A stretch of 59,918 bases of DNA, filler included, from Sphacelaria rigidula (taxonomy: Eukaryota), in the NCBI GenBank assembly GCA_964200075.2. It is 9 parts of 9 records of this genome, joined end to end, with 100 filler letters (N's around TTAATTAATTAA, not from the genome) between each part and the next. Parts side by side here need not be neighbours in the genome. Positions count along the whole stretch, not along the records: positions 13,339 to 19,907 come from CAXNAA020019301.1; positions 20,008 to 26,576 come from CAXNAA020019302.1; 7 more parts are not named here. One strand, written 5' to 3'. Below, piece by piece: positions 13,339 through 24,871 of this stretch (the stretch's first letter is position 1; each line of letters starts with the position of its first letter). The notes below the pieces were generated by a model that made no database searches, had not been told where the DNA came from, and saw nothing but the letters and a program-made list of their open reading frames with translations. A program made the position numbers and the translations under genes.

Positions 13339-16300
13339 GAAGTGTCCACTGCCGACCTTTCCGCCCTGTCTTCACCCACATCCTGGCCTTGATCGACGCT
13401 GGAATCCTTCAGCTCGCCCAGCGTCTGGATCGCTTGCTGTATTGTGCGCGGGGGGGGGCAGCGGACGTACGTGCCCATGTTACATGTCTTGTCACAGAGA
13501 TAGTTCCTCGTACAGTCAGAACTCGCATCGCGTCACGTGGGTAGCCCTCGGCTGGGCTCAAGTACCAGCACGTTTTGACCTTCGGCTGCAATTTATTTGT
13601 CCGCTTCCTGCTACAAAAACCAAGCTTCAAGAACGGAATGAGATCACCTTTCGGTGGTGATCCATACCACATCTTATGCGGTGATTTGTGGTGCGGATTA
13701 GCCGAGGTAGCGGTACAGTTCAGGGCGTGACACGCCCAGTTCGCCTGTTCAGCCCACAGGCTGTCACCATTCGGGATGCGCTCGTCGGGGTACAGCTCAG
13801 ATGCTTGGATTCTGGCCGCAAGGCCTGCTGTTTCGATGACACCTAACGCTCGCTCAGCAACACCGTTGAAGTGGGGTGAGTCGGCAGTTGTCTTCTCCTG
13901 CTTGATATTTCCCTGTCGCACAGTTTATTGAATGCACCCTACGAAAATTCACCCCCGTCATCGCTACGGACGATCTCTATTTCTCGGAGAGACCCATGCA
14001 ATGTATTTCGCGAAGTATCTCTCTGCCTCATCCTTCTTACGGAGGAAATATATCTTTTTGCGCCGTGAGTGATCATCTCGGACAGTCATCGTGTACGACT
14101 TTCCCCCGTTATGCTTGACTGGTTTTGGCCCGGAAAGATCTACGAACACCTTAGACGCTGACTTAGCTGCTCTCGTGTGCGTCGATCTTGGAATCGGTGC
14201 CCGCAGTCTCTTCGCCTCTGAGCAGCCGCGGCAGGGCTGCAGCTCCCCAGCCAGCTGCTTTCCCTCGTGGACGTGAGCGTGGGAACAGTGGAACCCGTTG
14301 ATGTCAGCGGTCTGGGGGCTAGGCGGAGCCCCCGGGGCAATAACAGCATATGCCGAAGCACACTTGTCACTACCACTTTGATCGAGGCGGCGGGCGTACA
14401 TTCTGAGTTGACGTGGTTGTCCGGATATCATCAGTCCATTGCCTGAATTGAGATCTACCCTGAAACCTGTACGAAAACCAGTGTAGGTGTGTCCCATGTG
14501 TTGGACCCTCGTGAGTGACAAGAGGTGATGACGGACACCAGGTACATGATCAACATCCACCAGTTTGAGGATTACATCCTGTCCGTCAGATCTGAAGGCA
14601 AGAGACAAATTTCCTCTGCCTACGATCGGGTAAGTACTACCTCCCGCGCACCGTAGTGCCCTACCCCTGCACTCTCTGTACTCCGTCATCCCATGGGAAT
14701 CGTGGGAGAAATACTGGGTAGCCCCCGTGTCAAATATCCACGGTTCGCCCTCACCCTACTGACTATCATCCCCCCGCTCAACACTCATACTCGCTTGTGT
14801 CGCCGGTGGTGTCGAGAGAGGTGAAAGCCTCCCCATCCGCCACATGACAGACGGAGGAGCTGTCGCTGTCGTCGCCCGCGTCCGTCGCCATCACCGCGTC
14901 TTCTTTCTTCGCTGTTGATCTCGGACAGTCCCAGAACGTGTGCCCCTGCTGGCCGCACCTCCCGCAGTATTTCTTCGAGAAGTTTCTGGCCCGATGCGTC
15001 GTGTTCTCGTCGCAAACGTGGCAGCGAAGCAGCTGCCCAGTCGCCGGTCTGCCGCCCGACGATGCCGATCCAGAGCTACTCGAACTCTGGCTCCCGCCGG
15101 TTTTCTGACCACAGCCCTGGACTTTTTCCGGTTTTCCCTTGCGGTGCGCACCGCTCGGTTTCCCGGTCACAAGGAGAGCCTGATCGCCCGGGGATGACTT
15201 CCTTTCCCGGGCAAGTTCCTGCTTCAAAGATGTAGATTCGAAACGCTTCCGGATCGAAGTCAACACAGCCTCCCGAGCCAGCGGTCCCTCTCGATCCTCG
15301 AGCAATTGCTTCTGAATGTGATACTCGAAAGGCAGCGCGTTGAGGAATTTCAAGACAATATGGGTTTTGCTTAGTCGTTCATGCTCCTCGTATGAATTCA
15401 GGTTACGAGCAAGTTCCTCCATCTCGAGCAGCTTCTGCTCTTAATCATCACGGACACCAATCTTGATTCCATCCAACTTTTCCAACAAAGCGGTTCTCGC
15501 CTCATTTGTTTTGGGGCGAAAGACATCCTCGAGTTTTCTCCAAATCGCAGCAGGTGAGTGGGTTCTAATCAAAATATCTTTCTCCCTTCTTCCTTCTAAA
15601 CTAGCTACAAGCATTCGTCTGGCCCTTACGTTGGCTGCCACTGTGTCGTTCCCATGTCTGCTCTCCAGATACCCCATCGCTATCGCAGCATCATCGACAT
15701 CTACATCGTAAGAACTATTGCCGGCCATGGTGAACACCCAGTCAATTCCTTCGCCCCTTGCGAACTTAACCAGCTCATGCCTGTACCGAGCATAATCAGC
15801 GCTCTTCCCTGAAATTTTTGGGACGTTCTGTCAAAAAGCGGGAACCCCTGACACATTTCCACTTGTATCGTTTATTTGGATTAACTCACGTGCGGGGACA
15901 AAGCCCCTAGCCTTGTCACTGGTGGCCTCGTTGTCCCTTGCGTCGCGTGCTCCGTCCTCTGGAACAGCTTGGCTCCCCATGTACCGTCGCTCTCGTCGAA
16001 CTCCAGCACCACGCCGTTCCGCTGTCCAATTTATGTTGAATTCCCCCCGGTCACTATGGGAACCTTCACTATCGAGGACGCCGTTGTTTTCTGCGCCCCC
16101 GGCCTCTCTTACTGTCCTCATGTTGTCCATGTTACTCTGTAATGAAGCTCGGCTTAGGTGCATATCACGGATGAGCTGAGCCAAGGAACTAATCTGACTA
16201 CGTACCTCTCGCAACTCCTCTGTAACACCCTGCTCACCGATAACTGTAGCAGGCCTATCACCCTCTTGTGCCATTCTGCCCAACCGGTTGTAATAGTAGT

Positions 16301-16535
16301 GTATTCCGTGGCCCGTGGCGAAGGATAGATAGTTTTATCTTTTGTATTATTGGAGAGTGCCTAGACTGAGTTGACCCTATGACTGAGGGATCCGATGATG
16401 AGAGTGAGGGCCCATGTCAGCTCGGTAGCTGCCATGAGCGGGGTACTGTAGTCACACACACTCCACTACCAGTACCCGCACGTCCGCATCAATCTATCCT
16501 CACCTGTGCATATTCACTCAGTGTACCTGTTCACA
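13339..16535 (-). mobile_element. Ty1/copia LTR retrotransposon, degenerate, 5' half (gag, protease, integrase), cut by contig end
   Basis: Minus-strand gag fragments (16283-14778) include the zinc knuckle CGRCGQQGHTFWDC. Then come protease WIFDTGA (~14720-14740), GAG-pre-integrase FHCSHAH...CRGC, and integrase VFVDLSGP, VRDDHSR, NGVAERA, LWAE, KLQPK. PR followed directly by IN is the copia order. In-frame stops and frameshifts are present. Confidence 0.93.
16289..16535 (-). repeat. Putative 5' LTR of the copia element (~247 bp)
   Basis: On the minus strand it starts TGTGAAC and ends TTACA just upstream of gag, with an A-rich AATAAT/GATAAA tract. No second LTR is available to confirm the boundaries. 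Confidence 0.45.
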
Positions 16536-16583
16536 TGAAAATAGCTGAGAATGAGTTGGATGGAGTTTGCATGATCCTGTGAA

Positions 16584-17585
16584 CCAGGGGTGTCGAGAAA
16601 AAAAATCTAGACCCACACCACTCCCCCCCCCCCAACACATCCTGATTTCATCTTTCCCCCCTCAAACTATGTCAAACTAGACACTTATTTCTCAGGCTTT
16701 AGGGCGTCATTAGTTGTTCAGCAAGACGATGTCGAAACAATGCGCACGAGCCGTATACGTGTGCTGTTACTGCGTTTCGTGTATGTGCTTGGTTGGATGA
16801 GCAGTGTTGGCAGTGTTGGAGGTGTATTGGAGATTAGTTGATGCGATATATCTGTAATTTCTTGGCAACAGCGGCGATAGGGTTAAAAAGGCCGGAGGGC
16901 ACAAGTTCGAGGGCAAACAAAACGAAGTGTTGAAAAGTACGATGATTTGGATGAGTACAAAGATGAGTTGGACACTGTTGAGTCCGTTGCAGAGCTCGAT
17001 GTTCAGAACGAACTCGGCGCAAAATTGCGCGTGTCAACTCGAAAGAAGATGAACATAGCCGAGAGGCACAAGTACAGTATAGGTTATAAGTACAAGGTCT
17101 CGCGTTCTTGACAAAAGCACGACGCCGCGCACTTCTAACACGATTGTTTTTCCGACGGTTTCAAATCTCGACGAATTTTTCGTTGCAAGTTCGTTCGGGT
17201 GTTCGGGTACTGAGCTCTAGTCGCCTGACTCACTTCGGCCTCGGTTACGTTGTCTATTGTCTACCACGTAGATAGCAGATCAGGCAATGGACCAGGCAGT
17301 TTATGTTCACCTACACAGCGCAGACTGCTGTTTATTAGCTATAACGCTGGTTCTGCTTGGCTCTGTCCTCTGCAACTGATTAATCAAATGACTTTTACGC
17401 CCAGTTGACACACTGACTAGGTTTCAGTCTAAAGCCAAGTAACTTGCCATTGAGTTGTTATTTTAAAGGATTTAGTTAATAAACGGCAATACACCCCCCC
17501 CCCCCCCTACCCACCCACCCACCAATCGGTCCCAAATGCAAAAATGTGAGTGTGGGTCCAGGATTTGTTTTCTGGACGCCCCTGG
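16584..17585. mobile_element. Non-autonomous TIR DNA transposon (1002 bp), ~35-bp TIRs starting CCAGGGG, 5-bp TSD GTGAA
   Basis: The left end CCAGGGGTGTCGAGAAAAAAAATCTAGACCCACAC matches the reverse complement of the right end, CCAGGGGCGTCCAGAAAACAAATCCTGGACCCACAC. GTGAA lies at 16579-16583 and 17586-17590. There is no internal transposase ORF. Confidence 0.8.
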
Positions 17586-17835
17586 GTGAAAAAGTGTTAT
17601 TTGGCGTGGTGGTCTGTAAGATGAGAGTCAAGTGCCGCTTCGTGCATTTCGACCGCATGTTTTTATGTTTTCGAGGCATAAATGCACGTGGTAATACATG
17701 TTGGGACAAGTCTTAGCCAAGCTCCAAGCGGGAATCATCAAATTAAGAATGCTCCTCACAGTGATTGGTTGAGGTGAATCTTTCATGACGTCGGGATCAT
17801 CGTACTGTCCTCGGACAGGTTTACCCTACCAGCAG

Positions 17836-19443
17836 ATGCTGTGATGGGTATCGGGGTGAAGAGCACGCAGCTACTGGAGATCGCTCTCGAGCTTGGTCAT
17901 CCCACGGAGCTCTTTCCCCACAACCACGGTCTCGCGACCGAGGTCCCTGGCCGTATGGAGAGGGCCTTCCAAAAGGCTTTCATGTCGGCGATGTTCAAGG
18001 TAAGCCCCCGAAAAACCAAATACTTGCTCGAGGTATCGCGATCCTTAGTCGGCGTCTTTGGCCGATGTGCAGGTACCGGATCGGATTCGATTACTCGTGA
18101 CTTATATCTGATGTGCCCGATGAAGCTTACACCAATGACCTCGACCTCGCTTGCGCTCATGCGTCACCTTTGCCGGCAGTATGATATCAGCGGCGAGGTG
18201 TACGTGGGGCCGACACTGCTCCCATTCGCGCTGCCCACGGACACTACGCCGAGAGGATTGCTGGTTCGGGGTCCGGGACAGACGACCGAAAAGATCATGA
18301 CGGTTGCCGCACAGACTTTCGGTTACAAGCTGGAGGTAAGAACAGCGCTGTATGGCAGGCGATAGAGACACTGTAACCCCGTAGACCTCTTTTCCCTCGC
18401 CTTTTACCGCCGTTTGCGTCCTGATATGTACGCGGGTTTCTCATGATTCGAAGGAATCAGGGGTGCACGAAAAAACAATCCCGCACCCCTATGTACCCCC
18501 CCCTCCCTACCCCTCCGGAGGGCCGAAAAACATGTTTGCCCCCTTATTTCCCCCCACCCCCAAGTTTACGTTTTTTTTCGCCTGTATGTAGTGCCCATTA
18601 CACCTCAAACACGTGCCAAATACGACTCGTACTCGTCGGGAACACCTGCGTGCTATCGAGGGGTGATGGCTTGGCTTGGCCTGACGGTAGTTGTAATCGG
18701 GGACAATCCTCGAACATGACCACCCCCGGCTGGAACCTTGGACAAACGTAATGCTAATCCCCCTCTTATCAAAGGGGGGTACCCCCCCCCCAATACTGCG
18801 TCCCTTTGTATGGGATTTAGTACAGCATGGGTTCATATGGGAGTTTGTATAGCCTTTGGAGGGGGGGGGGACTCGTGGTCTAGTATCGTACCCCCCCCCC
18901 GAGAGGTCCAAGATAAAACAAATGAGACATAGGTGTGCGGGAACTTTGTTTCGTACACCCTTGGAGATGTAGTATTTGTTTTTTACTGCGTAGTATCGAG
19001 TTTTTTTCCCCTCTCTCGCGCTACCGTACTTTGCGATATATATATATATTTCCGTTCCATTGCTGAGCCCATGTACAACGCGATGTCCGGGGGACATGTG
19101 GTTTCGGGAACAACTACACATCGTGGTTTTGAGACCCCTGTCTGAGCGCTGATTCCGACCACCGCTACTCCTCCGTATCTCGAACTGACTTTCTCATGTT
19201 CGTTGCCGCCGGCCGTCTCTGCCGTGTCCACTATGTTGATTTCCGTCGCAGCGTTCGACGTTCAATCAGATAAACGAGCTGTTCCTCATCACGAAGCCCG
19301 GCCAGCAGATCGGATACCCAGAAATTCCCTTGTGGGGGAAGTACAGGGTATACAACACGCCAAGAGAGGCTTTAGATTCGATACCTCAAGAAGTCCTCGA
19401 TCAGCAATGTATTCGCCTTGTATTGGTTGCATCCAATAGACAA
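17836..19443 (+). CDS. Two putative exons of an unidentified gene: join(17836..18335,19270..19443); a possible final acidic exon ends at 19892
   Basis: A 500-bp open exon lies between CAG (17833-17835) and GTAAG (18336). The next exon, CAG|ATAAAC...CAA|GTAAG, is phase-compatible (INELFLITKPGQQIGYPEIPLWGKYRVYNTPREALDSIPQEVLDQQCIRLVLVASNRQ). No family was recognised. Confidence 0.5.
18458..18963. mobile_element. MITE-like element with ~37-bp imperfect TIRs, related to 16584-17585
   Basis: CAGGGGTGCACGAAAAAACAATCCCGCACCCCTATGT matches the reverse complement of the right end, CAAGGGTGTACGAAACAAAGTTCCCGCACACCTATGT. No clean TSD. Confidence 0.65.
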
Positions 19444-19907
19444 GTAAGGCGCCTCGTGGAACCCTGCAGGGAAGCCTGCCAGCCAGAAGCAGCCCTGTAT
19501 TTGGAGGTGTCAGACACCACCTGCACATTCTACCATTTGGAATGGGAAACGGGCGGGAAGGGGGTTGTGATGGGGATAAGGTCGAAAATACACACAACGA
19601 CCCCAGAGACTCGTACATTACCGCTGCGATAGGCAGCGCAGATGGTATGCAGCACGCTGTGATGGCCAGTGTGCAAGAGAGTCGAGAGAGGAATGGGAGG
19701 CTCAGCGCGAAGCAGCCTATCGCGGTCACTCCCGGGGAGCTGGTCGTAGGTGGGCCGGGAGTTGAGCAACGGTGGCTGAAGGTCAGACACGACACAGGTC
19801 GAGAGGAGTTGGAAGGCGAGATAGCCCCCGATGATGACCATGACGACTGTGATACTGGAAGTGATGGCGATGGTGATGATGGTGATGATTGACTCATGCC
19901 GAGATAG

Positions 19908-20007
19908 NNNNNNNNNNNNNNNNNNNNNNNNNNNNNNNNNNNNNNNNNNNNTTAATTAATTAANNNNNNNNNNNNNNNNNNNNNNNNNNNNNNNNNNNNN
20001 NNNNNNN
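19908..20007. other. Artificial contig linker
   Basis: N44-TTAATTAATTAA-N44. Confidence 0.98.
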
Positions 20008-20469
20008 CATATTCGCTTGGTGCTCCTTCTCTTAGGTCACGTGGTCGGTCATCGGTAAGGTCTTTGTTTCATGAGTGCAGTAGGTATTGGCATTCATGCC
20101 ATGCATTATCCACCCCTTCCCTTCATTGGGCACTTTTTGCACCTGGTGTCGGAAATTTCTTGAAATGGCTGACCAGACTTCCACCGCCTACTGGAAACCG
20201 GTAAGGTTTTACGGGTATCTCACCACGTGACCCCAACCTCCACGCGAATATGATATGGAGGGGGCAATGACCCTACCCTATCCGTACTGGTCATATATTC
20301 TCTACTCTCGATTTGCAGTAAGGTGGTTAACTTTCACGCTGTTGTTTACATGTCTAGGTTTTGGATTTATTATTGTCTTACGTTTGTTTTGATATTGGGG
20401 GGAGGATCTCGGTTGTTTTCCGACTTGATATGGAACAGTATATCCGTTATTTTTCGCGATTCCACGGTC

Positions 20470-21232
20470 ATGTTTGGACTGTGTTTTGGTAGGTTAAAAA
20501 AAAACGAGGGTGAGCATCGCCATTCCGTGTCCAGGTCCGGGCTGTGTTATGGAGGTTGAAGAAAAAGGAGGGTTCTCTTCTTTAGTTCATGTCTATGTCC
20601 GGCTGTGTTATGGTAGGTCAAGTAAAAAGGAGGGTTAGCTGCTCTATTTCATGTCTATGTCTGGGCTGTGTTGTGGTGGGTTAAAGGAAAAGGAGGGTTG
20701 ATCCCTCTATTTCATGTCTATGTCCGGGCTGTGTTGTGGTGGGTTAAAGGAAAAGGAGGGTTGACCCCTCTATTTCATGTCTATGTTCGAGCTGTATTCT
20801 GGTAGGTTATATAAAAAGAGGGTTAGCTTCTTTCCTTCATGTCTTTGTCCGGGCTGTGTTCTGGTAGAAACATAAAATGAGGGTAAGCTTTTTTACACCG
20901 TGTCTATGTCCGGGTTGTGTTATATTAGGTGAAATAAAAAGGAGGGTTAGCTTCTCTATTTCATGCCTATGTCCGGGCTGTATTATGGTGGGTTAAATAA
21001 AAAGGAGGGTTAGCTTCTCTACTATATGTCTATGTCCGTCCATGTTATGGTACGTTTCTCTATTTTGCGTCTATTGCCGGGCTGTGTTCTGGTCGCTTGA
21101 ATAAAAAGAAGGGTTAGCGTCTCTATTCCATGCCTATGACCGGGCTGTATTATGGTAGGTTAAAGAAAAATGAGGGTCAGCTTCTCTAATCCATGTCCAT
21201 ATCCGGGCTGTGTTATGGGAGGTTAAGTAAAA
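20470..21232. repeat. Tandem array, ~63-bp unit, about 12 diverged copies
   Basis: Consensus is approximately TTCATGTCTATGTCCGGGCTGTGTTATGGTAGGTTAAATAAAAAGGAGGGTTAGCTTCTCTAT. GGAGGGTTAG occurs at 20941 and 21004 (period 63). Confidence 0.92.
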
Positions 21233-22185
21233 GAATGAACAGCAGATCCTGAAAAATGGGGCCCATCTCAAAAATGAGGTTCAAGTGGCATTTTTTTTCT
21301 GTAGAGATGAAGCGAAACAGTAACACCGAGCGAAAGCATCTTTCCCCCCAAAACTCTGGAGCAGAGAATCAATTGTGGCTAAATGCACTGAACGGCTGCG
21401 GTGTACACACGTGTCGATGCCGATATCACCAGAGAGAGAAACAATGAAAGAGAGGGAGCTCCTCGCCCGTGTCCTTTGTGTGCCCTCGCTGGGCGATTAC
21501 CCATCGCTGCTTGACAGACTGGCATCATGGATGTTACTAGTACGTACGGAATTTCTCATGTGCCGGTAGGTACCACCAAAGAACATCGAGCTGCGGAGAG
21601 ATTTCGTCTCTTCTTGTCTCTGGAGCTCACCAATGCGAAGATCGATTTCCCTCTGCCTATCGTTTTGGACAGGACGCGCCTCTGTGCGCTGAAAAACAGG
21701 GCAATGTTTCCGTCACCGCTACTACTGTTCTCTGTCACACACATACCGGCAAGGACGGTGCGCTGGGGGGCAAAATAATAGATGATCCAATTTGAACTTT
21801 GGGGGTGTTATTCATCGTTGATTTTACCTTGAGATATCTGACCATCCAGGTGCCCGACCCCAAGAGCCTGTCACAGGCCAGTTGGGTGTGTGTGTGTGAG
21901 AGATCAAACATTTGAGACCTTGCGGAGTGGAAAAATATACCTATGGTGGTGACCTAACAGTTGCTAGCGTGGTCCAGAGGGGTGCATCAGCTGCAATCTG
22001 GAGCTTGTGTTGCTCTACTCTACTGACTCGCGTCTGCAGAGCGTCAGCGAGAGGTCACACACGGTAACAACATGGTATCATGTACTCAAACTCGGAATAC
22101 CTATGGAAACAAAAGATTTCAATTTTTTCAAACTATTCCCACGTGATTTAAATGACTCTTGTTACCCGAGCGAAAGTGTCCGTAA

Positions 22186-22666
22186 GGCCGGGTGTTATGG
22201 TACACAGATTTTTGGCCCACGGATTGTTCACTTCTGGTACATTTGAGCCACTTTTTGGCCCCCAAACAGGGAAAATCGTCGACAAACGTCTTGGACACTT
22301 TGCATCACCCCACAGAGAGGAGCCTTGTCTGCTTTTCAGATTCGCTTGGATCCGAGGTTTCGAGATTGACCGCTGAACAAAAATTCGTGCGCAAAAATCT
22401 GTGCTTGCCGATCTACAGATTATTGGCCAAACTGGCGGGGGTCGGGAAGCACAGATTTTTGCGCACAGATTTTTGTTCTGCGGCCAACTCGAAACCTCGA
22501 AGCCAAGCGAATCTGAAAAGCAGACTAGGCTCCTCTCTGTGGGGTGATGCAAAGTGTCCAAGACGTGTGGTTACGATTTTCCCTGTTTGGGGGTCAAAAA
22601 GTGGCTCAAATGTACCAGAAGTGAACAATCCGCGGGCCAAAAATCTGTTTGCCATAACATCCGGCC
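22186..22666. mobile_element. Foldback MITE, Tourist/PIF-Harbinger-like (481 bp), TAA TSD
   Basis: Almost the whole element is an inverted repeat (~230-bp arms, ~20-bp loop). Termini are GGCCGG...CCGGCC, flanked by TAA at 22183-22185 and 22667-22669. Confidence 0.88.
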
Positions 22667-24502
22667 TAATAAGAGCCCTAAATATCCGCAAAATTGCGAC
22701 TAGTACAAACAAACGTACATTCGTAAACCCCAAGATCGTGACAGTTAGGACGGCATGTAGACATCGATTCATATACATCGACATTCGCGCGCCATGCAGT
22801 ATATTGGCATCTGCATGGCACCTTTGACTGCAACGAGCTACTGTATGCTGTCGAGACTTTTGAAAGCATGATGCATGGGGGGGGGAACTGAACCCTATCG
22901 CGACCCTCTGATGCATGCTTGTGCACCTGTCCCCATCTCCGCCGTACGGTCGCAGAGGTGCAGAGGTCACGCCTTAGTATCTTTCGGTAGGTGGGATATG
23001 CGGCGCAACCGCAGCTGACGTATCTTGCGATGATCGACTCGTGCCATTCCCCACTTTCTACGCCGACTTTGCTCGTGAATTTGTCTGCCATGACTGGAGC
23101 AGCCGCCGTGAAACTTAGTGTACGAGTCGGGCACAATACACACACCATGTCCACCAGTCGGCCGCACGTTTGGGCCCCCACACGAATAATAAAAAACGAG
23201 GCGAATACCGATTTTGAGCAACACCGTCGATACGCCCTAAAATGGATTTCTCGCAGCCCAGAGGTCATGTACCGTGAGTGAATGCATATCTGCACATGGT
23301 GGTGCACTCCCTTGCACATCATGAGTACCTGGGAGGGTGTAGTGCTGACAAACAAGCATAGATCGACGTAGATGTTGATCGGGGCACCCTATGGAAAATG
23401 ACAAAATGTACGAAGTCATCCAGGCATCGCCTGTAAAGGTCCCCAGTGCGGGAGGCACACTCGTACGCAAGCTATTGCCGCTGCAATGTGCTGAAACTTT
23501 GGGTACACGTCATGTAAACCACAGCCAACAAGCCCATGTGCCTAGATCTGGAGTTGAACGTTGCGACAGTGCGCGACAGGGTGATACGAGGTCAGATTCT
23601 GTTCCGATTATTAACATATTTTGGCGCAGGACTTCTATGCGGGCATGGAGATACATTCGTGCTACTGTGTCGATAGACAGTTCTACTGTCTGTCTGTTGC
23701 TCTGTGTTGTGCGATCTGTTTGCTTGAAAACACAGTTATTCCAAGTTTTGGCTGTTGCCTGTACCATATTTCTCCAGCCCTGTGCTTGACATCCTCATTC
23801 TTCAACTAAGCAAGTGTATCGTTGCCAGTCCGTACAGTATATGATGTGCACAACCGTTCATGATATTGTGACTACACAAATGTAGAGGTATGGAAATAGT
23901 ACTCGGAGTAGATATTATGTGCATGCCTGCCCACCGGAACAACGTTGTGCACGTCGAGGGGGGAGCACTAGGATGCGCGAGGAGCATAGTTCTACTGCCG
24001 TAAAGTAAAACACGCGGACAATTTGACGAGGTAAGCGCGCGGTATTGATTGGCAGCTAGGTAGGCGCTGCAGTAGTGGTTGTTTCAGCTGATTTCTACTT
24101 TGCGTTCGGATTTTCCGTCAGGCGGGCTACTTGTTCCAAGAATAAAAACGAGCTTTTCGGTCTCCAAGAAGCCTATTTTGGTGATCAAGAGGCCGATTTT
24201 TGCCGGGCTACGTGAGACGTGATTCACGCGTGGTGCCACCTCGGCAAGGCTCGCTGTATCCCCCGAGAGGATCCGAGTGGTGCTACGCTAGGGGTGCACA
24301 CATACTTCTTGAGGTTTGAATTGTTGGGAGCTCTTTATCTCATCTAAAAGTGACTATATGAACTACGCGAGAGCACGTCACGGTCTGTCGGGAGAAGGCT
24401 TTCGAACACGGACCCCCCCCCCCCCCCCTCCTGAGAGCATTTTTTCCGAAATCATCATGTTTTTTTTGTCAGTATGATTTGAAGAAACTTAAAATACAAT
24501 TC

Positions 24503-24871
24503 TATAAAATGAGGTTCAAGCCCAAAATAGAGCTTTCTCCACACTCACAGCGATGGTGCCCAATGGCTTTTTCGTCGGCCTAGTGGCCCTGGATCGCGTA
24601 GGTGCTTTTTCAGCGCATTATACCGACCCTGTGAGCTCACAGCGCTGACCGAAACCGCCAGTTTCCCCGATTTTTTTAGGTAATATCAGGGGAAATGACG
24701 GTTTCGGTCAGCGCTGTAAGCTCTCAGGGTCAGTGAAATGCGCTGAAAAAGTATCTACGCGATCGAGGGGCATTAGGCCGACGAAAAAGTCATTGGACAT
24801 GATCGTTGTAAGTGTGGAGAAAGTACTGTTTCGGGCTTGAACCCCATTTCATCGTACAACCTTATTTTATA
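24503..24871. mobile_element. Foldback MITE (~370 bp), TA-flanked, possibly Tc1/mariner (Stowaway)-like
   Basis: Long imperfect inverted repeat centred near 24680, with ends TATAAAATGAGGTT...AACCTTATTTTATA. The same terminal motif recurs at ~58644-58680 and partly at ~21270. Confidence 0.78.

Noticed and set aside
20470..21232. Regularly spaced repeats as a CRISPR-like array
   Set aside because: Whole units are homologous end to end with no unique spacers, there are no cas-like genes, and the context is eukaryotic.
22148..22970. Mirror-image ORFs on both strands
   Set aside because: They are a by-product of the foldback MITE palindrome.
22745..23330. Possible piggyBac transposase C-terminal relic
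   Set aside because: Only a vague Cys/His spacing appears, after assuming several frameshifts. It cannot be supported without a profile search.
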